Source: Octopus sinensis
Lineage: Eukaryota
Direction of reading: 5' to 3'
Assembly (NCBI RefSeq): GCF_006345805.1
Contig: NC_043011.1
Span: 4,526,001-4,590,000, forward strand
DNA: 64,000 nucleotides
A model generated the notes under the pieces. The model saw nothing but the letters and a program-made list of their open reading frames with translations, had not been told where the DNA came from and did not search any database. Numbering within the stretch: position 1 is the stretch's first letter; the number at the start of each line of letters is the position of its first letter. Below are positions 12,547 to 23,424 of this stretch, one piece after another. Both the position numbers and the translations under genes were made by a program.

Positions 12547-13200
12547 GGCAGCAAACTGGTAGAACTGTTAGCACATCAGACAAAATGCTTCACAGTATTT
12601 TTTTCTAGCTTTACATTCCAAGTTCAAATTCTGCTGAGGTTGATTTTGCCTTTCATTCTTTCAGGGTCAGTAAAATAAGTACCAGTTGAGCACTTTGGTC
12701 ATTGTACTCAACTAGCCCCCTCTACCAAAATTTCAGGCCTTGTGCCTATAGTAGAAAGGATTATTATCATTATTATTATTATTATTATTATTATTTACTT
12801 TTAATCTGCATCTTTGATACAGTCTCTTGCCGAGACACACCCAATGTCCTGGGGCAAGTGAAGGATAAGAGATGCTACAATACGTTATTATAATATGTTA
12901 TTATTATTAATATTATTAATATTATTAATATTATTATTATTATTATTATTATTATCATCATCATTAAGGCAGTGGATGGCAAAACAATCATCAGAGCAGT
13001 GGACTAATATCTTGCAGTATTTACTTATTTCCCTTTACATTCAGAGTTCAAATCCTGTCAGGATCAACTTTGCCTTTCATCCTACTGAGAGGGTTCTATC
13101 CCCTCTACCCAATCACCTCCACTACCACTACCACCACCACCACCACCACCACCACTATCCCATAAAAGAATCTTGTGGCCTTGTGCCTATATTAGAAATA
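10903..13200 (+). mobile_element. Tandem train of seven SINE-A2 copies separated by (TAT)n
   Basis: Copies at about 10903-11116, 11551-11775, 11812-11986, 12031-12246, 12293-12510, 12545-12762 and 12965-13200, all on the + strand. Confidence 0.85.
11176..11512 (-). mobile_element. Probable non-autonomous retroelement without a tRNA head, embedded in (TAA)n
   Basis: ~340-bp, relatively GC-rich, non-coding block with sharp boundaries and TAA repeats on both sides. Orientation is inferred from the tail. It is single-copy in this window. Confidence 0.5.
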
Positions 13201-13870
13201 ACTATTTTCTAAGACTGAATGGAATTTTGTGTTATGTTAGATTCACCAACTCCCACACACAGTCACCCATTCACACGTTTCACAATTTTTTTTTTTTTTT
13301 GTGTTCTTGTTTTTCTCTTTAGAGAGTTGATGTACAAAACCTTCACTTAACCATGGAGAAATAACCAACACAAAACACTGCCCTTGTTTCGGTACTAAAA
13401 TTACCAGTAAACTGCTGGGAAATAGCTGAGACAAGGAAAATAAAGGAAGCTGGGGGTGGGTTTTTTTTTGTTACTTTGATGTTGTTTTTTTTATTATATA
13501 TGTGTATATAAGATGCTAAAAAGAGAATAAACAATACGTAAAATTATGAAAAAGAATATATGCAGCTTTTTTTTCATTTCAAAATGATATTAAAATTTCT
13601 TATGTATATATATATATATACATACATGTGTGTGCGTGTGCGTGTGTGTGTATGTGCGTGTGTGTATGTGTGTGCGTGTGTGTGTAATGTGAATTTTCTC
13701 TTTCTACAATGTATATATTTTTACTTATTTCAAAAGTAAAAAGTGCTGCAATTTTTGTTTATGTTTTTGTGGTGAGGCAATCTATGGTGAATTAAAATTG
13801 TTTACATTTTCAGATTAAATTATTTATTGATTTATGATACCTACATATATATACATACATATATACATAT

Positions 13871-13901
<31 letters not shown>

Positions 13902-13904
13902 TAA

Positions 13905-14110
13905 CGGGAAGCTTTATGAAAATAGACAAAATACGAAAGCAGGTTTACGGAAATAAACAAAAGACGAAGGCAGGTGGAATACAAACAAACAATTGTATTA
14001 GTATGGCGCTCAGGAAATATAAATAAAACAAGTCTTTAACGTTTCGAGCCTACGCTCTTCAACAGAAAGATACACAGAGAAAAAACACAGAGAGAAGGAG
14101 AGAAAAAAAA
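13905..14110 (-). mobile_element. Short non-coding dispersed element carrying a minimal hammerhead-like motif
   Basis: A homologous second copy lies at about 16520-16680, sharing AAGACGAAG.CAGGTG, TGTATTAGT.TG.CGCTC.GGAAA and GTCTTT.ACGTTTCGAG. Flanked by (TA)n. Confidence 0.65.
14033..14070 (-). ncRNA. Candidate minimal type-I hammerhead ribozyme
   Basis: Minus strand reads UCUUU CUGUUGA A GAGC GUAG GCUC GAAA CG U U AAAGA. Stem I is 5 bp, stem II is 4 bp, and stem III is the palindrome ACGU. The core has A6>U. Confidence 0.55.
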
Positions 14111-14250
14111 TGCGTGCAGAGGCTATATATATATATATATATATATATACAAAATAAGAAAATGGAGAAACACATCTTAATCAATGATCAACCACCAGAT
14201 AATACCCAATCACATAATTATTAACCACTACATATGACACCACACACACC

Positions 14251-14315
<65 letters not shown>

Positions 14316-14321
14316 TATATA

Positions 14322-14880
14322 CTAGCAGAAATAGCTGGCATTGCCAGGTTAAAGAGAATAATAAAATTTTTAAATGCTGTCTAGATTACACACGTTTCAA
14401 CAGCTAGTAGCTGAGATACCAACTTTCTACATTAATAACTCTCCAATCCATGGACCATAGACATTAACTGAAATGTTAAAAGAAAGTTTTCAACTCATAT
14501 ATGTATATGAAGTAAATATACTAATTTTGTTTTGGAAGTGCTTAGAATCATGGTCAGTTGATGACAACGGTTTCTTCAATGGCTCTGGAAGCTGGTGGAT
14601 TGCAGGGAGTTTAACTTTTCCACTACTGGAGCACAGCGCAGGTGTCTCTCCATGCCACTTCCTTGCTTTACAATGCATGCACTCAGTTATCATTGCACCA
14701 ATGGAAACTCTAGTGTCATCTGCGTAAGGAACTGCTAGATCGTAATTAAAAGCTGCTTCATAGAAGTTGCTTCTCTGAGCTGTTGCAACTGCTCTTTGTT
14801 CTGCCGTGGAGATCCTATTCCTTGTCAGCCATGCATACCTCTGTTCATCACTTTGAGATGCTCTGGCTTTTGTAGTACAC
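14322..14880 (-). mobile_element. Helitron deletion derivative (RepHel N-terminal fragment plus canonical 3' end)
   Basis: AAFNYD...VSIGAM..ECMHCKARKWHGET..LCSSSGKVKLP...PEPL...DSKHF. The 3' end has the hairpin CTGGCA-A-TGCCAG followed by CTAG|T at 14322. The 5' part runs into the gap. Confidence 0.8.
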
Positions 14881-14980
14881 NNNNNNNNNNNNNNNNNNNN
14901 NNNNNNNNNNNNNNNNNNNNNNNNNNNNNNNNNNNNNNNNNNNNNNNNNNNNNNNNNNNNNNNNNNNNNNNNNNNNNNNN
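14881..14980. other. Assembly gap (100 N)
   Basis: Run of N. The round size suggests a placeholder of unknown length. Confidence 1.
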
Positions 14981-15203
14981 AAAGGAAGAGGTGATGGCAA
15001 ACTGACAGTAGGAGCGTTTCAACTTGTGTGCGTGTGTGTGTGTGTATGTGTGTGTGTGTATGCAAATATATATGTGAACATGTATGCATATGTGTATGCG
15101 TCTGTGTAAATATATGGATATAATAATAATAATGTTAATACTAATACTGATGCTAATATTACTAATAATAATATAATACGCTATACGGTGTGTGTGTGTG
15201 TGT

Positions 15204-15257
<54 letters not shown>

Positions 15258-15823
15258 GTGTTCAGGAACCTTGATGTGAAATGAATTCAACCGCTCGTCT
15301 TACCAAACCCTCGCCTTATTTCAATGTAAAAAAAAAAAAAAAAACGAAATAAAGCTCAAAAGTGTTTTCAGGAGACAATTACATATTTAGATGCGAATAA
15401 AAAAGAGAAAGATACCATTCAAAGATATCCTTACATATGTACATCTGTGTATATGCATTCATATTATTCTATTTCAACCACTTTTTTCTTCACCTTTCAG
15501 ACATAATGTCTCGTCTTTTCTCAGACATAATGTCTCTTTGTCTACATTACGCAATACGCACTAATTCTTTTTTAATTTTCCTTTTTCAAGACAGTAGTCT
15601 TTGGTTTGAAGTTTATTATTTGGTAGCTATTTCTAACAGGTGGAGCCACCGCATAAAGACTTTCTCATAAGTCGGCAGCTCGACATCAACACTGATCGGC
15701 TCTCACCGCTACATCTTTTGTAGGTCTGTATAATATGCTCTGGATGTTCTGTCAAAAATTCACCCTATAATTATTTTCGCATATATATATATATATATAT
15801 ATATTTATTATTAATCAATATAG

Positions 15824-16158
15824 GGTGGCAAAAAAATTTTGTAGAATTTTTTTGCCACCAGCGGCCTAGTGGGAAAAAATTAAATAGTCATAGACCATTT
15901 TTAAGTTCAACATCAACAATCAAGGAACGGCCATAATAGGCCATTCACCCACTAGAAATAACAGCCAAAGCTTCAACCGCAAATAAAAATCAATTCCGTA
16001 AACCAGCAGATGAAACGGTGCATCGTATAAGAAATTACAGGGTAAATGTTTTTTAAATTTTCTCCTGGTTTACGGAATTGATTTTTATTTGCGGTTGAAG
16101 CTTTGGCTGTTATTTCTAGTGGGTGAATGGCCTATATGGCCGTTCCTTGATTGTTGAT
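15824..16158. repeat. Fold-back region: a 15-bp-arm hairpin and a ~95-bp-arm inverted repeat
   Basis: 15824-15838 pairs with 15845-15859. 15912-16006 pairs with 16065-16158 (one indel), with a 58-bp spacer. Confidence 0.92.
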
Positions 16159-16277
16159 ATATATATTATATATATTATATATATATATATATATATAGCA
16201 ACCTATACGTCGATTCAACCATCAATTAATATATACGTACATAAACACATATGTGTAACTATACATATGTAGTTCTA

Positions 16278-16509
16278 GGCGGCGAGCTGACAGACACGTT
16301 AGCGTGCCGGGCGAAATGCTTAGCGGTATTTCGTCTGTCGTTGCATTCTAAGTTCAAATTCCGCCGAGGTCGACTTTGCCTTTCATCCTTTCGGGGTCGA
16401 TAAATAAAGTACCAGTTTCGCACTGGGGGTCGATGTAATCGACTTAATCCCTTTGTCTGTCCTTGTTTATCCCCTCTATGTTTAGCCCCTTGTGGGCAGT
16501 AAAGAAATA
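16278..16509 (+). mobile_element. SINE-A1, full copy with TSD ATATGTAGTTC
   Basis: GGCGGCGAGCTG...GTAAAGAAATA, with a direct repeat on both flanks. Confidence 0.9.
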
Positions 16510-17709
16510 TATATATATGTAGTTCAAATTTATAGAAAAAACGAAGACGAAGACAGGTGTAAGAACAAGCAAGTGTATTAGTTTGACGCTCGGAAAAAAT
16601 GGAAAAGTCTTTTACGTTTCGAGTCTCCGTTCTTCGACAGAAATGAATAAGACGAAATAAATAGAGAATGAAAAAAAAGGGTTGAGTTCAGTGGTCCAAC
16701 ATGGCGGTTGATTGGAAAAAAAGAGGTTGAATGAAAGGGAGGTAATAATAGAGATTGAATGAAGAAGAGATTATTCATGGTGATACCAACAAGAGGAGAT
16801 GCGCAAGCGTTTGTGTGTATGTGAGAAAGGTGTGTGTGAGTGTGTAAGTATGTATGTATCAAATATATATGTATGAGGGTTATTTTTCTTTATTGGTTTC
16901 AGCCTATGAACTGCGACCATGCTAGAGCACCATCTTGAAGAGTTTAGTCGATCGAATCAATAACAGATCCTAGTATTTACTTTTTAAAGACTCGTACATA
17001 TTCTTTCGGTCTCTCTCTGGCCGACTCACAAGTGTGCGACCACGAAAACAAACACCGTTTGTCTTATGGTGTCACGTAAAGACAAACAGACGAACTACGA
17101 AAAAGATTAAACACAAACAAACGCTAACCCGATCCCCACGCAGCTCTCGGTTTCTGCGGTTTAACTTGAGTACAATTTTGATTTTGGTCGATTTTTTAAT
17201 TATTATTGTATTTCATTTTATTTTTTCCACATACAGACAATCGCCAGTAGGTTGTTTCCGCTTCACTTTCTTTTTTTATCTTCTTTTCAGTTTCTATTCA
17301 CCTCACTTTTTCGATTCTTCGATCCTTCCATATTACGACAGGCAATATCCTAAAGTAACGCTTAAGTTAAAATCACGTTTTTATAAATATTTTGTTAAAT
17401 ATTTTCGAAGTTGAATAAAATGTTAATAAGGTCGATTTTAGATAATTTTTCAATCTGTATCTCCTGTGATACATATATTTCTGACATATGTAAACTCTCG
17501 AAATATCACTGAAGTCGACATTTGAAGCTGAAGTGAGAATGAATTTCATGAAGTTTGCTGTTATAGTAATTATGTTAATGCATATTTCGCAATAATGATC
17601 GCTTCTAATTTAGGGTGTAAAGCGTGCAGTTTTATGGAAAAGGGTTTTGTCTATATCATGGTCCTCAGCACATGACTGGTACTACAGTTTATTGAACCTG
17701 GGAGGATTC

Positions 17710-18081
17710 ACTCATGGATAGTGATTCGACGATTTCCCTTCGTAGCTACACGCACATCTGCAATGTTTTTGTTAGCTCTCCTGGTTGCGGGTCTCCCAGA
17801 ACGTTCGTCACTATCGATATTTTTTCGGCCATCTTGGAAACGTCAGAACCACTTGTTCACTTGTGTGCGGCTCATACACTCCTCTCTTTTTATTTTCTGC
17901 AACTTTGCGTAGGCCTCTAAGCACGTATCGCCATGAAAACTTCCTCTGCTCTGGTCAATGCGACGATCACACGCTACACACGTTCCTTCCAAGCACTGCT
18001 GTAAACAGCAGAATTAAACTAGAACGTTAAAACTTAGTGCGCATGCACAGCAGAGCCCACTGTCAATCTGTGTCAAGTGGA
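17710..18081 (-). mobile_element. Mariner 5' end and transposase N-terminus (HTH), decayed
   Basis: MSRTQVNKWF.RFQDGRKNIDSDERSGRPAT...NIADVR...NRRITIHE on the minus strand. Confidence 0.75.
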
Positions 18082-18106
18082 TGGATATAAATAAATAAAT
18101 GAATGA

Positions 18107-18173
<67 letters not shown>

Positions 18174-18223
18174 GATAATATAATATTATATATATATTAT
18201 ATATATATATATACACATATACA

Positions 18224-18376
18224 CCACTTGGCACAGATTAACAGTGGACTCTGCTGGGCAGGCGCACTAAATTTTAACGTTATTGTTTACTTCCGCTGTT
18301 TACACAGGGTGTGGAAGGAACGTGTATAGCGTGTGATCGTTGCATTGCCCATGGCAGAGAAAGTTGTCATGGCGAC
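18224..18376 (+). mobile_element. Second, inverted copy of the same mariner 5' region
   Basis: About 80% similar to the reverse complement of 17925-18081. Confidence 0.75.
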
Positions 18377-18831
18377 ACCTGGTCAGAGGCCTCCATATTT
18401 GCTTTCGTTCGACTTTTATGTATGTCTCCACTGTCATCTTTTTGTTCCCAGCTTTGACCCTCCATAAATCCTAAATTTCATTTTAGAATTAATGGGAACA
18501 ACTGTCTTTGAAGACTCATATTGTTGTTGAATGCTCGAAATGAGGAGTAGATAGACAGCCGACAACTGATGAAGGGTCTTTCTTTCTCTTTACTTATATT
18601 GTTTTCCATTTTTTTCTCCTTGTTTATGTATTTCATGTTATTTGCACCGTTGGTGATGTCCTGTACCCAAATATGCGTGTATATATTCATACACACACAC
18701 ACACATATGTATGAGATGTATGTATGTATGTATGTATGTATGTATGTATGTATGTATTGTATGTATTGTAGATATATATATATATATATACATATATATA
18801 TACTATATACATACATACATACATACATACA

Positions 18832-18866
<35 letters not shown>

Positions 18867-19199
18867 TTATACATACATACATACATATATATGTATATAT
18901 ATACATATATGTATATATACATATATATACATACATACATATATGTGTGTGTGTACATGCTTGCTTGCGCGCCGCACATGTTCCGTGTGTCTAAGAAAGG
19001 ATTGTTTCTCTTGAAGAGACAAAAGTTCTGTTTACCATTCTTCTTCCATTTGCCTGTAACTCGATCTGTTTGTCGAGTCGAGCAAGACAAAATGGAAAGA
19101 AAACTTCCTCGAACAGAGCTCCTGTCAGCTTCCCTTGCTAGGTCTACTTTGCGAGGACCACATGTTTCTTCTTCGCATCTTTACCCCCTTCACTCCCCT

Positions 19200-19314
19200 T
19201 CCCCTCCTCCTCCTCCTCATCATCATCATCGTCGTCATCATCATCATCATCACCATCATCATCACCATCATCATCACCACCACCACCACCATCATCATCA
19301 TCACCATCATCATC

Positions 19315-19362
<48 letters not shown>

Positions 19363-19366
19363 GTCG

Positions 19367-19410
<44 letters not shown>

Positions 19411-19470
19411 GTCGCCATCATCATCATCATCATCATCGTCATCATCATCATCATCGTCATCGTCATCATC
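19200..19470. repeat. (CAT)n/(CAC)n compound microsatellite
   Basis: Direct reading. Confidence 0.95.
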
Positions 19471-19715
19471 CGAAGCAACATGTTTTGGACTCCCGTTCCT
19501 CTTTTCTCTTTCTCTTCACTCTGTTGAAGTGAATAGTCACTTAAACCTGTGACCTACTTCAGCTTTTCTTTTGTGTGTTTTTGATTTTGTTATTGTTGAT
19601 ATTGTTGGCAGTGGTTCCTTTTAGATCTTTCTGCTCTTGTATATATCAGTGTGTGTGCGTGCGGTGCATTCATGTGTGCGTGTGCACGTGTGTGTGCGTA
19701 TGCGTGTGTATGTAT

Positions 19716-19753
<38 letters not shown>

Positions 19754-19782
19754 AGAGAACAATAGATAGATTCACACATATT

Positions 19783-20168
19783 CTTTTACTTGTTTCAGTC
19801 ATTTGACTGAGGCCATGCTGGAGCACCGCCTTTAGTCGAGCAAATCGACCCCAGGACTTATTCTTTGTAAGCCTAGTACTTAATCTATCGGTCTCTTTTT
19901 TGCCGAACCGCTAAGTTACGGGGACGTAAACAGACCAGCATCGGTTGTCAAGTGATGTTGGGGTGGGGGACAAACACAGACACACGCACATACATACATA
20001 TACATATATACGATGGGCTTCTTTCAGTTTCTGTCTTCCAAATCCACTCACAAGGCTTTGGTTGGCCCGAGGCTATAGCAGAAGACACTTGCCCAATGTG
20101 CCACGCAGTGGGACTGAACCCAGAACCATGTGGTTGGTAAGCAAGCTACTTACCACATGGCCACTCCT
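19783..20168 (-). mobile_element. SINE family B, full copy
   Basis: Reverse complement of the family B sequence. Confidence 0.9.
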
Positions 20169-20371
20169 ATTTGTATGTCTATCAATCTATCTATCGCTGT
20201 CTATCTATATACATTTCCAATTACGCATATATACACATGCATGTATATACATATATACATACATTTTATACATATACATATATGAATATATGTATGTATT
20301 CATGTGTGTACGTCTGTGTGTGTATGAATGTATTTATGTACGTGTGTGTATATATATATATATATACAATG

Positions 20372-20488
20372 AGGAAGACCGGTTTATGGGATTACCTTAG
20401 GTTTCCCATTCATAAGGGGACGATACGCCATGAAGCTAAACCTTTTTTGGATGGGAAACCAAAGCTAATCCTATAAACCGACCTTCCC
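20372..20488. repeat. Imperfect ~117-bp palindrome (MITE-like) between TA repeats
   Basis: GGAAGACCGGTTTATGGGATTACCTTAGGTTTCCCAT pairs with ATGGGAAACCAAAGCTAATCCTATAAACCGACCTTCC. Confidence 0.75.
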
Positions 20489-20497
20489 TATTTTCAG

Positions 20498-20532
<35 letters not shown>

Positions 20533-20533
20533 A

Positions 20534-20740
20534 GGCGTGGGAGTGGGTGTGTGGTAAGTAGTATGCTTACGAACCACATGGTTCCGGGTTCAGTCCCACT
20601 GCGTGGCACATTGGGCAAATGTCTTCTACTATAGCCTTGGGCCGACCAAAGCCTTGTGAGAGGATTTGGTAGACGGAAACTGAAAGAAGCCCGTCGTATA
20701 TATGTATGTATGTATGTTTGTATGTATGTATGTTTGTATG

Positions 20741-20774
<34 letters not shown>

Positions 20775-21032
20775 TGTATGTATGTATATATATATTATAT
20801 ATATATATATAGTATGTGTGTGCATATGTTTGTGTGTCTGTATTTGTCCCCCTAGTATTGCTTGACAACCGATGCTGGTGTGTTTATGTCCCCGTGTATT
20901 GGCGGTTTGGCAAAAGAGACCGATAGAATAAGTACTAGGCTTACAAAAAATAAGTCGTGGGTCGATTTGCTCGACTAAAGGCGGTGCTCCAGCATTGCCA
21001 CAATCAAATGACTGAAACAAGTAAAAGAGTAA
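20534..21032 (+). mobile_element. SINE family B, full copy with expanded internal (TATG)n
   Basis: Family B head, core and tail. Confidence 0.9.
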
Positions 21033-21036
21033 ACAG

Positions 21037-21101
<65 letters not shown>

Positions 21102-21361
21102 TATGTATGTTTATGTGTATGGTAAATATATATATATATATATATATAATATTAATTAGAGACAAAACCACTATTTTGCAAATCAAACAAAGAAAGACTT
21201 AATCCAATACATAAAAAAATTTAACATAAATTAAATAAAATTAAATTCGCCACTACTTTTCTTTAATAGCCTGTGTGTGTCTGTAGGTATATAAGTATGT
21301 ATGTGTGTGTGTATGAGTGTATGCATGTGTGTGTATGTGTGTGTATAAGTATACACACACA

Positions 21362-21577
21362 CACTCTTTTACTCTTTTACTTGTTTCAGTCATTTGATTG
21401 TGGCAATACTGGAGCACCGCCTTTAGTCGAGCAAATCGACCCACCGACTTATTTTTGTAAGCATAGTACTCTCTATTCTATCGGTCTCTTTTGCCAAACC
21501 GCCAATACACGGGGAGAAACACACCAGCCATCGGTTGTCAAGCAATACTAGGGGGACACATACAGACACACAAACAT

Positions 21578-21590
<13 letters not shown>
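21362..21590 (-). mobile_element. SINE family B, 3' half
   Basis: CTTTTACTTGTTTCAGTC...GGTTGTCAAGCAATACTAGGGGGAC. Confidence 0.85.
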
Positions 21591-21611
<21 letters not shown>

Positions 21612-21615
21612 TATA

Positions 21616-23415
21616 CTTTATTTTAAGCAGCAGAAAATTCAACAAAATCTGTTACTCTGCGTTTCTCTGGTTCATACTCGTTGCCGTTTTTGCTAGAATG
21701 GAAATGATATATCAATTCAATCTATACTCTTACAAACGCTACACCTTTAAAAAGAAATGGACTTGTTTGATGGCCCTTTAGAAAAAACGGTCAATCTTCG
21801 AGCGATAAACAAAAAGGTCAAAAATATATGTATATATATATAAAAAACATTATAAAAATTATAAAATCCGAGGAAAAAAACCGAGGAAAAAACCTATTGA
21901 CGTTAATGAAGACAGTGCAAATTCATGCATAGAAATTAAACTGTTATAAATACTGCAATACATATTTATATTAAAATCACATATATATATCAACATACAC
22001 AAAAGGATGCGCGTTAAACGCCATACATACATATACAGACGTAGGAATATGAATCTAAATATACACATAAAAGCATGTGTACATATATCACGCAAACCGT
22101 CTCGCACGCAAGCTAAAAATTCATCTATGTAGCAATTCTCATTAATGAGCAAGGAGGGGGAACGAAAGAAAGGGAAAGAGAGAAAAAGGAACGAAGGAGG
22201 GGTAGGGAAAAAACTTGAACGATGTTATTGGCATCTATAGAGACAGTATACTACACAAGTTTGAATGGATACATATACATACGTCGTGTATATGTGTGCT
22301 TAAGCACAAGCATACTTTCACTTACACATACACAGATACGCATGCTTACAAATACATATGCTTCGCTATACACATACTTATATAAACATATTCTAATTTT
22401 GACAACATTGCTTTTAAAAATGGGTGCATTAATAAAAATATATACGAAAGACATATAAATAAATATAACATATTACATCCTATTTTGGGTCATTTATAAA
22501 TAATCAGGTAATATAAATAATCAAGGTAATCCTATCAATACAACATGCAAACAAAGTTTGTAGGTTTTCCTATATATATGTAGAAACCTAAGACTTGCTA
22601 TACGGATTAAGATCCGCGTAGCTTGGAAACAGAATCAAAATCCATCGTAGCGCTCAAGAGTCAAAAATCAAAAATCAAAAATCAAAAATACAAAATATAT
22701 ACTCTATCCATATGGTATATTTATATTCGACATTTTATTTAGCCGCGTGCCTACATAAGTTCATTAACTCACTTCTTTGATTCAAGAATTATTGTCTTTG
22801 AATAGATGTACATTTTTTCTAATAGGCAAGTCTGCACTTGAAATTACTTTGTAAGCTCCATGCCTGTATGGTGCCGCCCTGTCCAGAATGCTCCATGTCA
22901 CGTTGAAAGGTGGGGCTTCCTTTTCTTTTAGTTCCCAGACATATTTTGCTAGGCTGGTTTTCTTCCTATTCTCTGGGTATTTAAAAGAATTTTTATGAGA
23001 ATAAATCTTGTTTTAAATGAATTTTCTGAAGCCCCTGTGTATGTCTTGTATTCCGATGAGCCTTCCCTTGCACCTTGGCTCTATAAACTACTCCTTTCAC
23101 TAGACATTTCCCTTCTACCGGACAGGAGCTTTCGTTTTTGAAATTACATTTCTTAATGGGCTCGGCCCCATGTCTAATCTCAATTAGCTTCCTATTATGT
23201 TGGCTAATGTAAGAGGCGAAATTTCTGCAACAAGAATAGCTAACCTCAGGGTTCTTCTATTAATATTCTGTAGAATTTATGACCCTGCTTAAAATGCTTA
23301 GAGACTAATCTCAAAATTCCTTACCTATATTAGTCTTACGGCCAAATTGAAAGCCGGTTGAACACAACACTTTCCTGGTCCTAGTTCTTCGTGCTGCATT
23401 ATTATTAGCTTAAAC
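21616..23415 (-). mobile_element. Penelope-like element B, 5'-truncated (GIY-YIG endonuclease region plus long 3' region)
   Basis: 22740-23415 on the minus strand gives KCNFKNESSCPVEGKCLVKGVVYRAKV, FKYPENRKKTSLAKYVWELKEK and TWSILDRAAPY, with frameshifts. Assigning 21616-22740 as its 3' region is inference. Confidence 0.75.
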
Positions 23416-23424
23416 TGGTTAACT

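Noticed and set aside
10903-13200. Repeat-spacer appearance suggesting CRISPR
   Set aside because: The units are ~220-bp diverged SINEs with microsatellite spacers in eukaryotic DNA, and there are no cas genes
15640-15723. Possible plus-strand terminal exon VEPPHKDFLISRQLDINTDRLSPLHLL*
   Set aside because: Short, with no recognised homology and no linked exons; compatible with chance
18533-18578. GCTC GAAA ... CTGATGA AGGGT, a possible type-II hammerhead
   Set aside because: Stems I and III do not pair convincingly
18478-19532. Poly-His, poly-Met and YI/CV-repeat ORFs, including the 273-aa ORF
   Set aside because: Products of (CAT)n, (TA)n and (TATG)n. The same applies to ORFs at 40.6-41.3, 49.0-49.4, 51.3-52.0 and 52.6-53.9 kb.
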